A DNA stretch of 62,196 bases, taken from assembly GCA_001782675.1 (NCBI GenBank), contig MFPJ01000035.1, forward strand, positions 1 to 62,196, given 5' to 3'. A model generated the notes under the pieces. The model was given only the letters and a program-made list of their open reading frames with translations. It was not told the origin of the DNA and did not search any database. How positions within the stretch are numbered: the first letter of the stretch is position 1; each line of letters begins with the position of its first letter. Shown one piece after another: positions 38,791-46,854 of the stretch. This DNA is from Candidatus Levybacteria bacterium RIFCSPLOWO2_12_FULL_39_17 (lineage in GTDB: Bacteria > Patescibacteriota > Microgenomatia > Levybacterales > GWA1-39-11). Position numbers and translations under genes: made by a program.

Positions 38791-40036
38791 TGTCTTCTTT
38801 TAATCCTTTTACAAAATCAGAAAGTTTCTTTTGGCCTAAATCTTGCCCCTCCCGGGTCCTGACAGACACAAAATAACCTGAACTGCCAACAGATTCAGCT
38901 TCTTCTTTAGAGCCTATTATACACATGAAGGGTATCTTTTGTAAAGTAGCCTCGCGGATCTTGGCGCCTATAGGTTTATCAGTTGTATCAAAATCGGCTC
39001 GTATTTGCTCTTCCTTGAGTTTTTCGTAAACTTTCCTACTGTACTCTGTCGCTTTGTCAGAAATAGGCAAAACCGCAACCTGAACCGGTGAAAGCCACAA
39101 GGGCAATGCTCCCTGATAGTGCTCAAGAAGAGTACCTATAAAGCGCTCAAAACTACCGATGATTGATCGATGTACCATAACAAGTCTTTGTAGTTTACCG
39201 TCTTCATTTACATATTCGAGGTCAAACTGCTTAGGAATATTAAAATCAGCCTGAACTGTCGAAACCGTCCACGTTCGGTTTTGGACGTCGGTAATATCAA
39301 CATCTATCTTCGGACCATAAAAGACACCATCTTTTTCGCGGATTTCAAAATTAACTCCACTTTTTTTGAGCGCATTTTTGAGAGATGTTTCTGCCATTTG
39401 CCAGATTTTATTATCTCCTAGGGCTTTATCAGGTTTTGTTCCTAGGTAAAATTTCGATGGAAACCCCATTAAGGCATGGAATTGGTTAATCCATTTGAGA
39501 ATATTTAAGACCTCGTTTTCGAGTTGATCATTTTTCAAGAAAACATGTCCATCGTCTTGCGTAAATTCAATTACTCGTAGTAAACCACCGACCACTCCGG
39601 AAAGTTCTCGCCGATGCAGCCTACCATATTCTGAATATCTTAACGGCAAATCTCTGTAGCTTCGCGTTTTAGATTTATAAATTAGTGCCGTTTCTGGACA
39701 ATTCATGGGTTTTAGACTATATCTTTCGTGTTCGATGTCCATGTTGTACATATGATGCTCATAATATTTAAAGTGTCCCGATTTTTGGAAAATATTGCTT
39801 TTTACTAATATTGGGGTTTGTACTTCTTGAAATCCATGAGCTTCATTTTGATCGCGGATGAACTTTTCGATCTGTTTGATGATTGTCATGCCCTTTGGTA
39901 ACCAAAAGATAGTTCCCGGGGCTAATTCGTCGATCATGAATATCTCGAGTTCCTGCCCAATTTGTCTGTGGTCTTTTAAACTTGGATTATCCATGAAGTT
40001 ATTGTAGCATTTTGAGGCTGTTTTGTCGAATGTCAA
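38774..40036 (-). CDS. thrS: threonine--tRNA ligase, catalytic + anticodon-binding domains only
   Basis: Begins at the class II core (KDHRQIGQELEIF) and contains HRRELSG. Has a C-terminal anticodon-binding domain. The likely start is the internal Met at 39994 (MDNPSLKDHRQ). No TGS or editing domains. Confidence 0.88.
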   Translation of the reverse strand: MTFDKTASKCYNNFMDNPSLKDHRQIGQELEIFMIDELAPGTIFWLPKGMTIIKQIEKFIRDQNEAHGFQEVQTPILVKSNIFQKSGHFKYYEHHMYNMDIEHERYSLKPMNCPETALIYKSKTRSYRDLPLRYSEYGRLHRRELSGVVGGLLRVIEFTQDDGHVFLKNDQLENEVLNILKWINQFHALMGFPSKFYLGTKPDKALGDNKIWQMAETSLKNALKKSGVNFEIREKDGVFYGPKIDVDITDVQNRTWTVSTVQADFNIPKQFDLEYVNEDGKLQRLVMVHRSIIGSFERFIGTLLEHYQGALPLWLSPVQVAVLPISDKATEYSRKVYEKLKEEQIRADFDTTDKPIGAKIREATLQKIPFMCIIGSKEEAESVGSSGYFVSVRTREGQDLGQKKLSDFVKGLKEDIEKKK

Positions 40037-40437
40037 TTATTCTCAAGTTTTGTAATTCTTTTTTCGTGATCTTTAACTTTTCTCTTAACTTGCTCCATTT
40101 GTTCTGTCGATAAATCACGATCTATCTTCGCGTTTTCTACTTCAGCTAGGATTGGGTCAATTCTCGTTAAAACTCGGTCGATTCCTTTCTGTATTGAATC
40201 TTCAACTTCCCTCTTAAAGCTATCTAGCTTCAGATCGATTCTGACTTCATAATTATCGAACCTTTCATCCATCTTTTTATCATAAGCACCAAACCTTTCA
40301 TCCATCTTTTTATCATAAGCACCAAACCTTTCATCCATCTTTTTATCATAAGCACCAAACCTCTTGTCGAGGGCATTATTTAGGTACCCTTTTGTGAGCA
40401 AATCAGAAGAATTATTGTTTGTTGTTTTCTTTTTCAT
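40033..40437 (-). CDS. coiled-coil repeat protein, hypothetical
   Basis: Contains three perfect MDERFGAYDKK repeats. MKKKTTNNNS is the likely start, rather than the track start at 40467. Confidence 0.45.
   Translation of the reverse strand: MKKKTTNNNSSDLLTKGYLNNALDKRFGAYDKKMDERFGAYDKKMDERFGAYDKKMDERFDNYEVRIDLKLDSFKREVEDSIQKGIDRVLTRIDPILAEVENAKIDRDLSTEQMEQVKRKVKDHEKRITKLENN
40261..40359. repeat. perfect 33-bp x 3 in-frame tandem repeat
   Basis: cctttcatccatctttttatcataagcaccaaa repeated three times without a mismatch. Confidence 0.9.
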
Positions 40438-40489
40438 AAGACAAATATATAAAACTTTTGAAGGCAAAACAATAGATCAATTCAGAATA

Positions 40490-40711
40490 CTACCTCATTA
40501 ATTGGGGGTTATTTTGTAAAACAAAGCTTAAAATGTTAGAAACGAAAGTTCCGACAACCGGAATAAGATTGACTTTGCTTACAACAAGACCCAAAGTCGT
40601 TAGCACTATGGCAAGTCCGATTGTTGCTCCCAATCCCCACGCAATTCCTCCAATAAAATTATTTATGAAAATTTGCCTTTTGGTTCTCTCGATTTTTTCA
40701 TGCGGCTCCAT
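40490..40711 (-). CDS. small two-TM membrane protein, hypothetical
   Basis: 73-aa ORF with two hydrophobic helices. Confidence 0.45.
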   Translation of the reverse strand: MEPHEKIERTKRQIFINNFIGGIAWGLGATIGLAIVLTTLGLVVSKVNLIPVVGTFVSNILSFVLQNNPQLMR

Positions 40712-40723
40712 GATTAAATTATA

Positions 40724-41290
40724 TTACAATCCCAAGGGCATGGCTATCTCTTTCATTGAATTTAAGACTATTTCAATAAATTTCAACAAAGGAATCCCGA
40801 GTTTTTCCTCGCAGGTAATTATCGAAACCCTGTCTGCTCCCTTGGCAAATGATTTTTCATAAAATCTTTTAAGGACAAATTCCGGGCTCATCGATTCAAG
40901 TTTTTTGGTTGGGCTCACCAGAGCTGCCGCAACAATTAAACCGGTCAACTGATCGCAGCATGATATTGCCCAGTCAAGAGGCGAAATCGGATTTATTTTT
41001 GTATTTTGGTAGTTATGAGCTTTTATTGCGTACGCTATTTCATCCGGCAATTTTACTTTCTCGGTAATCATGATTCCATGTTCCTCGGGATGATTTCTTA
41101 CAAGCTCATAATCCGCATCATGCAAAAGTCCTGTTATCTGCCAGTTGGTTAGGGTTTCCTGATCGGGCTCAACAAGCAAAAATTTGCAAATGCCTGCCAT
41201 TGCTGCTTCAGTTGCCAAGCTGTGCTTGATGAGATTGGGATTTTTTAGATAAGTTGTAAGAATACGGAAAGCTTCAAACCTCGTCACCAA
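40724..41290 (-). CDS. HD-domain metal-dependent phosphohydrolase
   Basis: 188 aa. H ... HD motif (IKHSLATEA ... LLHDADYE). Confidence 0.75.
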   Translation of the reverse strand: MVTRFEAFRILTTYLKNPNLIKHSLATEAAMAGICKFLLVEPDQETLTNWQITGLLHDADYELVRNHPEEHGIMITEKVKLPDEIAYAIKAHNYQNTKINPISPLDWAISCCDQLTGLIVAAALVSPTKKLESMSPEFVLKRFYEKSFAKGADRVSIITCEEKLGIPLLKFIEIVLNSMKEIAMPLGL

Positions 41291-41340
41291 TTTATTATAG
41301 CAACAAAAATTATGAATTTGAAATTGTGAAATTTAACATT

Positions 41341-41470
41341 AGCTTGGCGGGCTCAAGAGGACTTGCCTGTCCGGCGCGGGCGCGAAACCTCTGACCTTTA
41401 CAATGTCAACCTGCCTGCCTGCCTGCCTGCAGGCGTGACGCCCTAACCAATCCCAGCACTGTCTTGCCCC
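41341..41470 (-). pseudogene. tRNA-Val(GAC)-derived pseudogene with GC-rich insertions
   Basis: Shares aggacttg / aaacctctgacctttacaatgtcaa / gtgacgccctaaccaa with the intact tRNA-Val at 41530-41603. It is interrupted by cctgtccggcgcgggcgcg in the T-loop and by (cctg)5cagg in the anticodon stem. The acceptor stem no longer pairs. Confidence 0.4.
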
Positions 41471-41529
41471 GATTGAATCGGGGCTTAGAAGTGGCGGGGG
41501 GATCCCGAAGTTCTAAGCTTTGCATCGTG

Positions 41530-41603
41530 TGGGCGCATCAGGACTTGAACCTGAGACCTTTACAATGTCAATGTAACGCTCTAACCAACTGAGCTATGCG
41601 CCC
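41530..41603 (-). tRNA. tRNA-Val (anticodon GAC)
   Basis: Hand-folded cloverleaf, 74 nt. Acceptor GGGCGCA/TGCGCCC, anticodon loop TTGACAT, T-loop TTCAAGT. Confidence 0.9.
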
Positions 41604-41624
41604 TTTTAAAGTTTACAAAGCTAG

Positions 41625-41700
41625 ATACTTCTGGGACTGAGCTACGAGTCCAGGCACTGTCGGGCAGGTCTAACCAACTGAGCTAAGGATCCGATCCGAA
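41625..41700 (-). other. tRNA 5'-half fragments
   Basis: The minus strand contains two D-arm-like pieces (ccttagctcagttggttagac and ctcgtagctcagtccc). No complete cloverleaf can be folded. Confidence 0.35.
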
Positions 41701-41784
41701 CTATTCTACCAAGGCTGGATCTAATTGTAAAGAAACCTTACGAGTAATAACCCGTTGGCACATGCCCCCCCTGGAAAGGTATCC

Positions 41785-41833
41785 CAGGTGTCAAGCTAAG
41801 ACACCTTCGGGGTGTCTTACGCAGACACCCGGG
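41785..41833 (+). repeat. REP-like double-hairpin repeat, copy 5 (variant arms)
   Basis: Sequence caggtgtcaagctaagacaccttcggggtgtcttacgcagacacccggggg. Confidence 0.7.
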
Positions 41834-42040
41834 GGATTATTTGATTGTGGAGATTCAAAGCTTACCTCTCGGCTTTCGACCATATTCCCACCTCCTTCAA
41901 AATTTCATTCTCACGGGATATCCGTCCGATGTTATAGGTAGAGTATTGTTTTCAAGCATGGTTGTTAGTATTGGATATATAGGATCTGCTTGTCTAACAA
42001 CAGTGTTTTTCGATATTAGAAAAAACAAGGATTGAAAAAA

Positions 42041-42080
42041 CAAGGATACTCCTTGTCGTGCGTGGCAGGGATACTCCTTG
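42041..42080. repeat. paired CAAGGATACTCCTTG palindromes
   Basis: caaggatactccttg-tcgtgcgtgg-cagggatactccttg. The same 40-nt module recurs at 60501-60540. Confidence 0.75.
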
Positions 42081-42198
42081 CAGTTCCTCGCTTGAAAAAG
42101 CTTCTGAAAAGGAATTTTTTTGAAAGGAGGTTTTTTTGAATCTTTTGCAACCTACTCGTTTCTACGCGTCCAACGCAGCAGCTCTGCGCTCATTATAG

Positions 42199-42885
42199 TT
42201 ACCCTGTTTGAGTGGCCGTGGTTCGCTCGCCTGAGAGGCCAAAGGTTGTACCGTGTTTTTTGTATTTACTCCAGTATTTACTTTGCTGTTTCTTACTTGT
42301 AAAGACCGCTCCATAGGAAACAGAATCCTCCAGTTTTCTGGTTGCGTCCCGGATTACAGATAGTACAAATTCAAAGAAGGAAAGATGATATTTTCCGGGT
42401 CTGACAGGTGCTTGATCCGCTGTTGCATCTTTAACAGTTCTTTCTACAATTTTTGAGGTTTTAACCAATCTTTTAATCTCAAGTCTGATCTCTTCAACCC
42501 TCTGTTTTACCTCTGTTTCTACTTTTGATTCGGCAAAATTGTCCGCATTTTCAACTCTTCTGAAATACGACATATGCTCCATGGAGACTTGGGGTTTCTC
42601 TTCTGCTCTTTTTTCTCTTGCATCTTTTGCTTGTCTATATTTATCCAAAGAAACAATATTTCCTTCGATAAGATACTCCTCTTGTTTAGGCCTTGAAGAT
42701 CCAAGAAGTTGTTCGGAAGCAGATTTCAGAGAGCCACCTACAATATCTTCCTGTGTTCTCTTTAACATACTTTTCCACAAATTTTTGACCTCGGAGCTGA
42801 CGGTTGTCGGTTCCGGTACGGTATTCCTTGGTTTGGATTCAACGGATTCCTCTGTAATTTGCCTTCTTTTAACCTGAGTTTTCAT
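42199..42885 (-). CDS. hypothetical charged protein
   Basis: 228-aa ORF, Lys/Glu-rich. No catalytic motif recognised. Confidence 0.45.
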   Translation of the reverse strand: MKTQVKRRQITEESVESKPRNTVPEPTTVSSEVKNLWKSMLKRTQEDIVGGSLKSASEQLLGSSRPKQEEYLIEGNIVSLDKYRQAKDAREKRAEEKPQVSMEHMSYFRRVENADNFAESKVETEVKQRVEEIRLEIKRLVKTSKIVERTVKDATADQAPVRPGKYHLSFFEFVLSVIRDATRKLEDSVSYGAVFTSKKQQSKYWSKYKKHGTTFGLSGERTTATQTG

Positions 42886-42947
42886 ATGCCTGCCAAGCTA
42901 AATTTATCCCTAAAACACGAAGATTATATCTTATCTTAGACGAAATA

Positions 42948-43814
42948 TCAAATTTTTGAAATAAAGTCAAGAGTTTTTTGCTGACGAATAACCGAGGCTA
43001 AAAGATAAGGATTTTTTGCGATTTCCTGCTTCTGTTTTTCATCTTTAATTGAATTTAGGGCATCTTCAACATCCTTTTGCTCGACAGTAATTTTTTCCTC
43101 ATCTGCAACTTTACGGAGCAGGAATTCAAGCTTCAGGTCTTTTTCTGCCCGTTCGTCATATTCGGCCCTCAATTGTTCGGCTGTTTTTCCCCTTGATAAA
43201 AGGTATTGATCCAGTGAAACTCCAAGCTTCTTCAGTTCGTCTAAAAGCTGCGATAAGAGTCTGTTGGTTTCTTGTTCTATCAAAATTTTTGGAATTATTA
43301 TTTCGGCTGTCATCAAAATTGCATTTAAGATTTCATCCAGCCCAACTTTTTTTTCCTCTTTACCTGGAACCACAATTCTTCCTTTTGCTGTAACTTTTTT
43401 GACTTCCTCTTTATAATTTTTGAGCTCTATTTTTGGTTCCTCACAAGTTTCGGCAGTAAATTTAAGATCCGTACCGTCTTCAAATACTTCGATATGTATT
43501 CTTGGATTAACAATTGGAGCTATATTCAATTCCTTGATTCCCTTGACATACTCCTCACTTAATACTTTTTTTAATATTTCTTAGCGAATTTGTTCTTTGC
43601 TAAGTTTCTCTTGCGCAACTTTTTTGGGCGCATTTCCTTTTCTGAAGCCCGGAATCTCAACTGCCTTTACGAGTTCTTCTATCTTTTTTTCCTTTATAGC
43701 CTCAAGTTCCAGCCACGGAACGATTACGGAAAGAACGATAGCATTGTCGGCTTTTCTCTCAAAAGAATATCTTTTTTGGGTTTGAATTTTCGGATCTTGG
43801 GATTTTTTACTCAT
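42948..43814 (-). pseudogene. tig: trigger factor lacking a PPIase domain, interrupted by one in-frame TAA
   Basis: The N-terminal piece carries IPGFRKGNAPKKVAQEKL (ribosome-binding GFRxGxxP). Track ORFs 43581..43937 and 42948..43529 are in the same frame, separated only by a TAA at 43581-43583. Read-through gives KEQIR*EILKKVLSEEYVKGIKELNIAPIVNPRI, which is collinear with trigger factor. Confidence 0.7.
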
Positions 43815-43861
43815 GAATTGCCAATTATAGCTGGATCCAGTCTTCTTGTAAAGATTTTCTG

Positions 43862-43943
43862 TGCCGAAGAGAGGAATCGAACCTCCAAGGGTTTCCCCAC
43901 ACGGTCCTAAACCGTGCGCGTCTACCAATTTCGCCACTTCGGC
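43862..43943 (-). tRNA. tRNA-Leu (anticodon TAG)
   Basis: Starts GCCGAAGTGGCGAAATTGGTAGACGC. Anticodon loop TTTAGGA, long variable arm, acceptor GCCGAAG/CTTCGGC, discriminator A. Confidence 0.9.
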
Positions 43944-43981
43944 ACAAAGACATTATACACTTTTTTGGGCACAAACGAAGC

Positions 43982-44548
43982 TTAGATATTGGGTAGAACC
44001 GAGAAGATGGATAGTTTTAAATATTCCCTGTTAATCTCCTCCATAAATCTTGATACTCTTTCTGCCCAGGTTGGAGATTCGGCATATATCGAACCTATTG
44101 ACCATACATCCTGCGCCCCGCGATTCATATAATTTTGTCTTAGCGCGCGGTTAATGATTCTGATACCATCTTCCCAAGACTCAAAGTAAATATATCCTCC
44201 GCCCCATCCATAGGCGTTATAAGAGCCGGGCATAAGGAATCGTCCGAAAGTCGATTCTAAACCTGCAATTGAAGGAAGAAGTTTCCAGTCTACGCCAAAC
44301 TCGTCAGCATATTTGACATAGAAAACTGCTTGATCAACGAGTGGAGAATTATACTTTCTAAAGACATTTCGAACAGCCTTTGTTCTGGTATCAAGATTAT
44401 AATCTTTTTCACCAATAACTTCATTCACGAGTTTCGCGGAAGAAGATCTTATTTCTTCAGCATAGACATCTTGCGAAAGCCACATTAAACGTGGCGAAAG
44501 AAAAATCGCAGAAAAAAGAAGAATAATAACTGTGATAAATTTTTTCAT
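43982..44548 (-). CDS. secreted putative peptidoglycan hydrolase (transglycosylase/glucosaminidase-like)
   Basis: 188 aa with a signal peptide. [13 protein letters not shown] is a Glu-Ser catalytic-type motif. Paralog of 44863..45450. Confidence 0.5.
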   Translation of the reverse strand: MKKFITVIILLFSAIFLSPRLMWLSQDVYAEEIRSSSAKLVNEVIGEKDYNLDTRTKAVRNVFRKYNSPLVDQAVFYVKYADEFGVDWKLLPSIAGLESTFGRFLMPGSYNAYGWGGGYIYFESWEDGIRIINRALRQNYMNRGAQDVWSIGSIYAESPTWAERVSRFMEEINREYLKLSIFSVLPNI

Positions 44549-44713
44549 GCTTGTCCCCGTTAAGCGGGGGGTTTATGTAATTGTTCAAACCTCGACTTTG
44601 AAACCGAGATTTGATGATTACGAAAACCTTGGGACAGAGATGTTTAGAGGAAACCCTTCGACTCGTTTACACTGAGCGTTGTCGAAGTGCTCAGGGTTTT
44701 GCCTTTTTCAAGG

Positions 44714-44750
44714 CAAAAAAAATCCTAAAGTAGTTTTGGGCTACCTTAGG
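44714..44750 (-). terminator. Rho-independent terminator
   Basis: Minus strand reads CCTAAGGTAG-cccaaaa-CTACTTTAGG followed by ATTTTTTTT. Confidence 0.55.
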
Positions 44751-44862
44751 ATCTAGCCAATATAATACCATATAACTATAGGTTTGTCAAGTCCCTTACT
44801 ACAGGCCAGTGGGCAGAATTCAAGCTTGATTTATGGGTATATGAGATCAAGGCAGACGCAGC

Positions 44863-45450
44863 CTACATTGAGCCTTGGATACGATCCATTATGTAGGAGA
44901 CATTTTCAGCCCAAACACCTGAATTGGAGGGCGTATATTTGCTCATTATTTCACTGGGATCTTCTAACCCTTGCGCGTGATAGTCTTGTGCCAAAGTCTT
45001 GCTTACTTTATCAATTGCCTCTTCAAAACCACTGAACCTCGTTACCTTCTTGCCATAGATTCCAAATCCCCAGCAATTATATGAGTCTTTAGGAATTTTC
45101 TTGCATAAGGTGCTTTCCTGCATGGCTATGGCCGGAAGAAGTCTGTAATCAATACCGTATTTGTCCGCCGCTTCCACAATTACATCTGCATACTTATCAA
45201 GAGGAGATTTATATCTTGCGAAAAACTCTTTTAGAACTTCGATCCTCGCTTCTTTTACAAATAAGGCCGTCCGGGTGCTGTTGATAGTTTCCGGAATAGC
45301 TTTATAGCCAACATTGCTTTGTGGGGACAAAGATCTTGCCGAAACCTGGCTGTTTTGATGAACTAAAAAAAGCTGATAGAGTATGAGAATAAAAATAAAA
45401 ACCGGAGTTACTGTAAAGTAACTTGCGAGCAGAACAAGCTTTCCGACCAT
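44863..45450 (-). CDS. membrane-anchored putative peptidoglycan hydrolase (paralog of 43982..44548)
   Basis: 195 aa with an N-terminal TM helix. LLPAIAMQESTLCKK motif. Collinear with the neighbouring paralog. Confidence 0.5.
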   Translation of the reverse strand: MVGKLVLLASYFTVTPVFIFILILYQLFLVHQNSQVSARSLSPQSNVGYKAIPETINSTRTALFVKEARIEVLKEFFARYKSPLDKYADVIVEAADKYGIDYRLLPAIAMQESTLCKKIPKDSYNCWGFGIYGKKVTRFSGFEEAIDKVSKTLAQDYHAQGLEDPSEIMSKYTPSNSGVWAENVSYIMDRIQGSM

Positions 45451-45483
45451 GTTGTTCTCTTATGCTGGCATATTCCCCGGGCC

Positions 45484-45513
45484 TTGTCAAGTTTGCCTCG
45501 AAGCTGATAAAAT
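45484..45513 (+). promoter_or_regulatory. possible promoter of tRNA-Leu(CAG)
   Basis: TTGTCA, 18-nt spacer, TAAAAT. Confidence 0.3.
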
Positions 45514-45595
45514 ATGGATATCGTGCATGATGCCGGAGTGGTGAAACGGTATATCGTTCGACTCGCTTTGCTCGCTCAGGACAAGCACGCACAAT

Positions 45596-45678
45596 GCTCG
45601 GGTGGCGGAATGGTAGACGCGCTGGCTTCAGAAGCCAGTGTTCGCAAGAATATGGGAGTTCGACTCTCCCCCCGAGCA
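45596..45678 (+). tRNA. tRNA-Leu (anticodon CAG)
   Basis: 83 nt. Acceptor GCTCGGG/CCCGAGC, anticodon stem-loop ctggc-TTCAGAA-gccag, long variable arm, T-loop TTCGACT. Confidence 0.9.
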
Positions 45679-45743
45679 CAGAGGTTCGTTCACCCTGAGC
45701 GAAGTCGAAGGGACTCCTCTCTCTGGCACAGATATCCGACTCC

Positions 45744-46172
45744 TTATTCTATTTCCAAAATGCCATAGATCGGCCTTTCAGGTAATCTTCCTCTATATCC
45801 TGCTTCAATTTCTTTGTTCGGAAAATTGATCCATGGATCCATCCATCTATTGTTCGCCGAACGAACCATATAATGTCCCCTTGGATACCTTTTGGATCTT
45901 CTTAAAAATACAATTGAGTTTAGTCGGCGTATTTTCTTTTTGGTCTTGCCGTTTACATGTTTGTATTCGTATTTGAAGCCAATTTGCTCGAGAACAGCAA
46001 TTATTTCTTTACAAAGAAAACCTGTGCTATTTGCTTTATTACGCCCATTTTTAAAAAGATTTAAAGATTCCCCATAGGTTATTCGAAGTATAAAGGCCGC
46101 GCATGCAACAGCGCATCCCAGAGGATTGTCCTGCTTAATAGGTTTCATACTGATTAGTTGAGAGCTTAGCAT
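45744..46172 (-). CDS. papain-like / C39-like cysteine peptidase domain protein
   Basis: 142 aa. Candidate catalytic Cys in QDNPLGCAVACAAFIL and a downstream His (PRGHYMV). Confidence 0.5.
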   Translation of the reverse strand: MLSSQLISMKPIKQDNPLGCAVACAAFILRITYGESLNLFKNGRNKANSTGFLCKEIIAVLEQIGFKYEYKHVNGKTKKKIRRLNSIVFLRRSKRYPRGHYMVRSANNRWMDPWINFPNKEIEAGYRGRLPERPIYGILEIE

Positions 46173-46270
46173 TTTTAATATTTACTATTTATTTATAAAA
46201 ATAATGGCTTCAGAATTGACTGACTTTAGGTCTTGACAACTTTTTCTCCACCTCATAAACTATTATTAAT

Positions 46271-46290
46271 CCAGTTGTCCAGTCAACCGG
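46271..46290. promoter_or_regulatory. 20-nt palindrome CCAGTTG-tccagt-CAACCGG just upstream of the HTH gene
   Basis: Ends 7 nt before the ATG at 46298. An inverted copy lies at 46725-46743 and another copy at 24836-24859. Confidence 0.5.
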
Positions 46291-46297
46291 CTTAATA

Positions 46298-46708
46298 ATG
46301 AGAAGATACAATTTTCTACAAAAAAGTGATGTATTCGAAGCTTTAAATAATGTTCGGGACGCTTTCCTTTCAGCTAAAGACGGAAACGATGTCGAACAGA
46401 TCATGAATGGTCTTTTAACCTTTGATGAGCGGATTAAAATAGGTAGGAGAATTCTGGTTGCAGAATGTTTATTAAGCGACTGGAAAGTTGAGGACATTAA
46501 GTCAGTATTTAAAGTGGGCAAGACAACTATTGCATTTGTTGCAAGCAAGCTCGAGGAGTATGAGAAATGTTTTGAGCTTATAAAGTTGCGAAGCAAAAGA
46601 GTCCAAACAGAATACGAAAGGAAAAGTCATAGGTTGGTTGGAGGTTCAACTAAAATATTTAAAACGAGAGAATATACAGGGTTTAAAAGGAAGGATGTTA
46701 AACGCTAA
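46298..46708 (+). CDS. TrpR-like / YerC-YecD family helix-turn-helix protein
   Basis: 136 aa. LLTFDERIKIGRRILVAECLL ... VGKTTIAFVASKL matches the TrpR-related layout. Confidence 0.65.
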   Translation: MRRYNFLQKSDVFEALNNVRDAFLSAKDGNDVEQIMNGLLTFDERIKIGRRILVAECLLSDWKVEDIKSVFKVGKTTIAFVASKLEEYEKCFELIKLRSKRVQTEYERKSHRLVGGSTKIFKTREYTGFKRKDVKR

Positions 46709-46724
46709 ATGTTTTCCTTTTGTC

Positions 46725-46743
46725 CCGTTGACTGGACAACCGG
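46725..46743. promoter_or_regulatory. inverted copy of the 46271 palindrome, just downstream of the HTH gene
   Basis: Sequence ccgttgactggacaaccgg. Confidence 0.5.
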
Positions 46744-46854
46744 TCAAAGACTACTGTAATTCTACTCTACTCCGGTTTTTTTCGGACATATTTTTCGATT
46801 AAGATTTTGAGCTTGCCTAACCATTCAAATCCTCTCCTCGGTACAGTTCGCAAA

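Noticed and set aside
41341-41470. Functional intron-containing tRNA
   Set aside because: After removing the two inserts, the acceptor stem pairs at only 5 of 7 positions and the D-arm is degenerate. Bacterial tRNA introns are group I and much larger. I called it a pseudogene.
41791-41883. 30-aa ORF on the minus strand with a strong SD (AAGGAGGTG-6 nt-ATG)
   Set aside because: The coding part runs straight through REP-like copy 5 and has no other support. It may be a fortuitous SD.
43815-43937. N-terminal extension of track ORF 43581..43937 ([19 protein letters not shown]...)
   Set aside because: This part is the antisense reading of tRNA-Leu(TAG) at 43862-43943. The trigger-factor gene starts at the internal ATG at 43814.
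45302-45768. ORFs 45302..45679 (-) and 45514..45768 (+)
   Set aside because: Both are read through tRNA-Leu(CAG) and the flanking GC-rich hairpin repeats. Their peptides (SEVEG, ERSRRDS) are typical translations of such repeats, not of genes.
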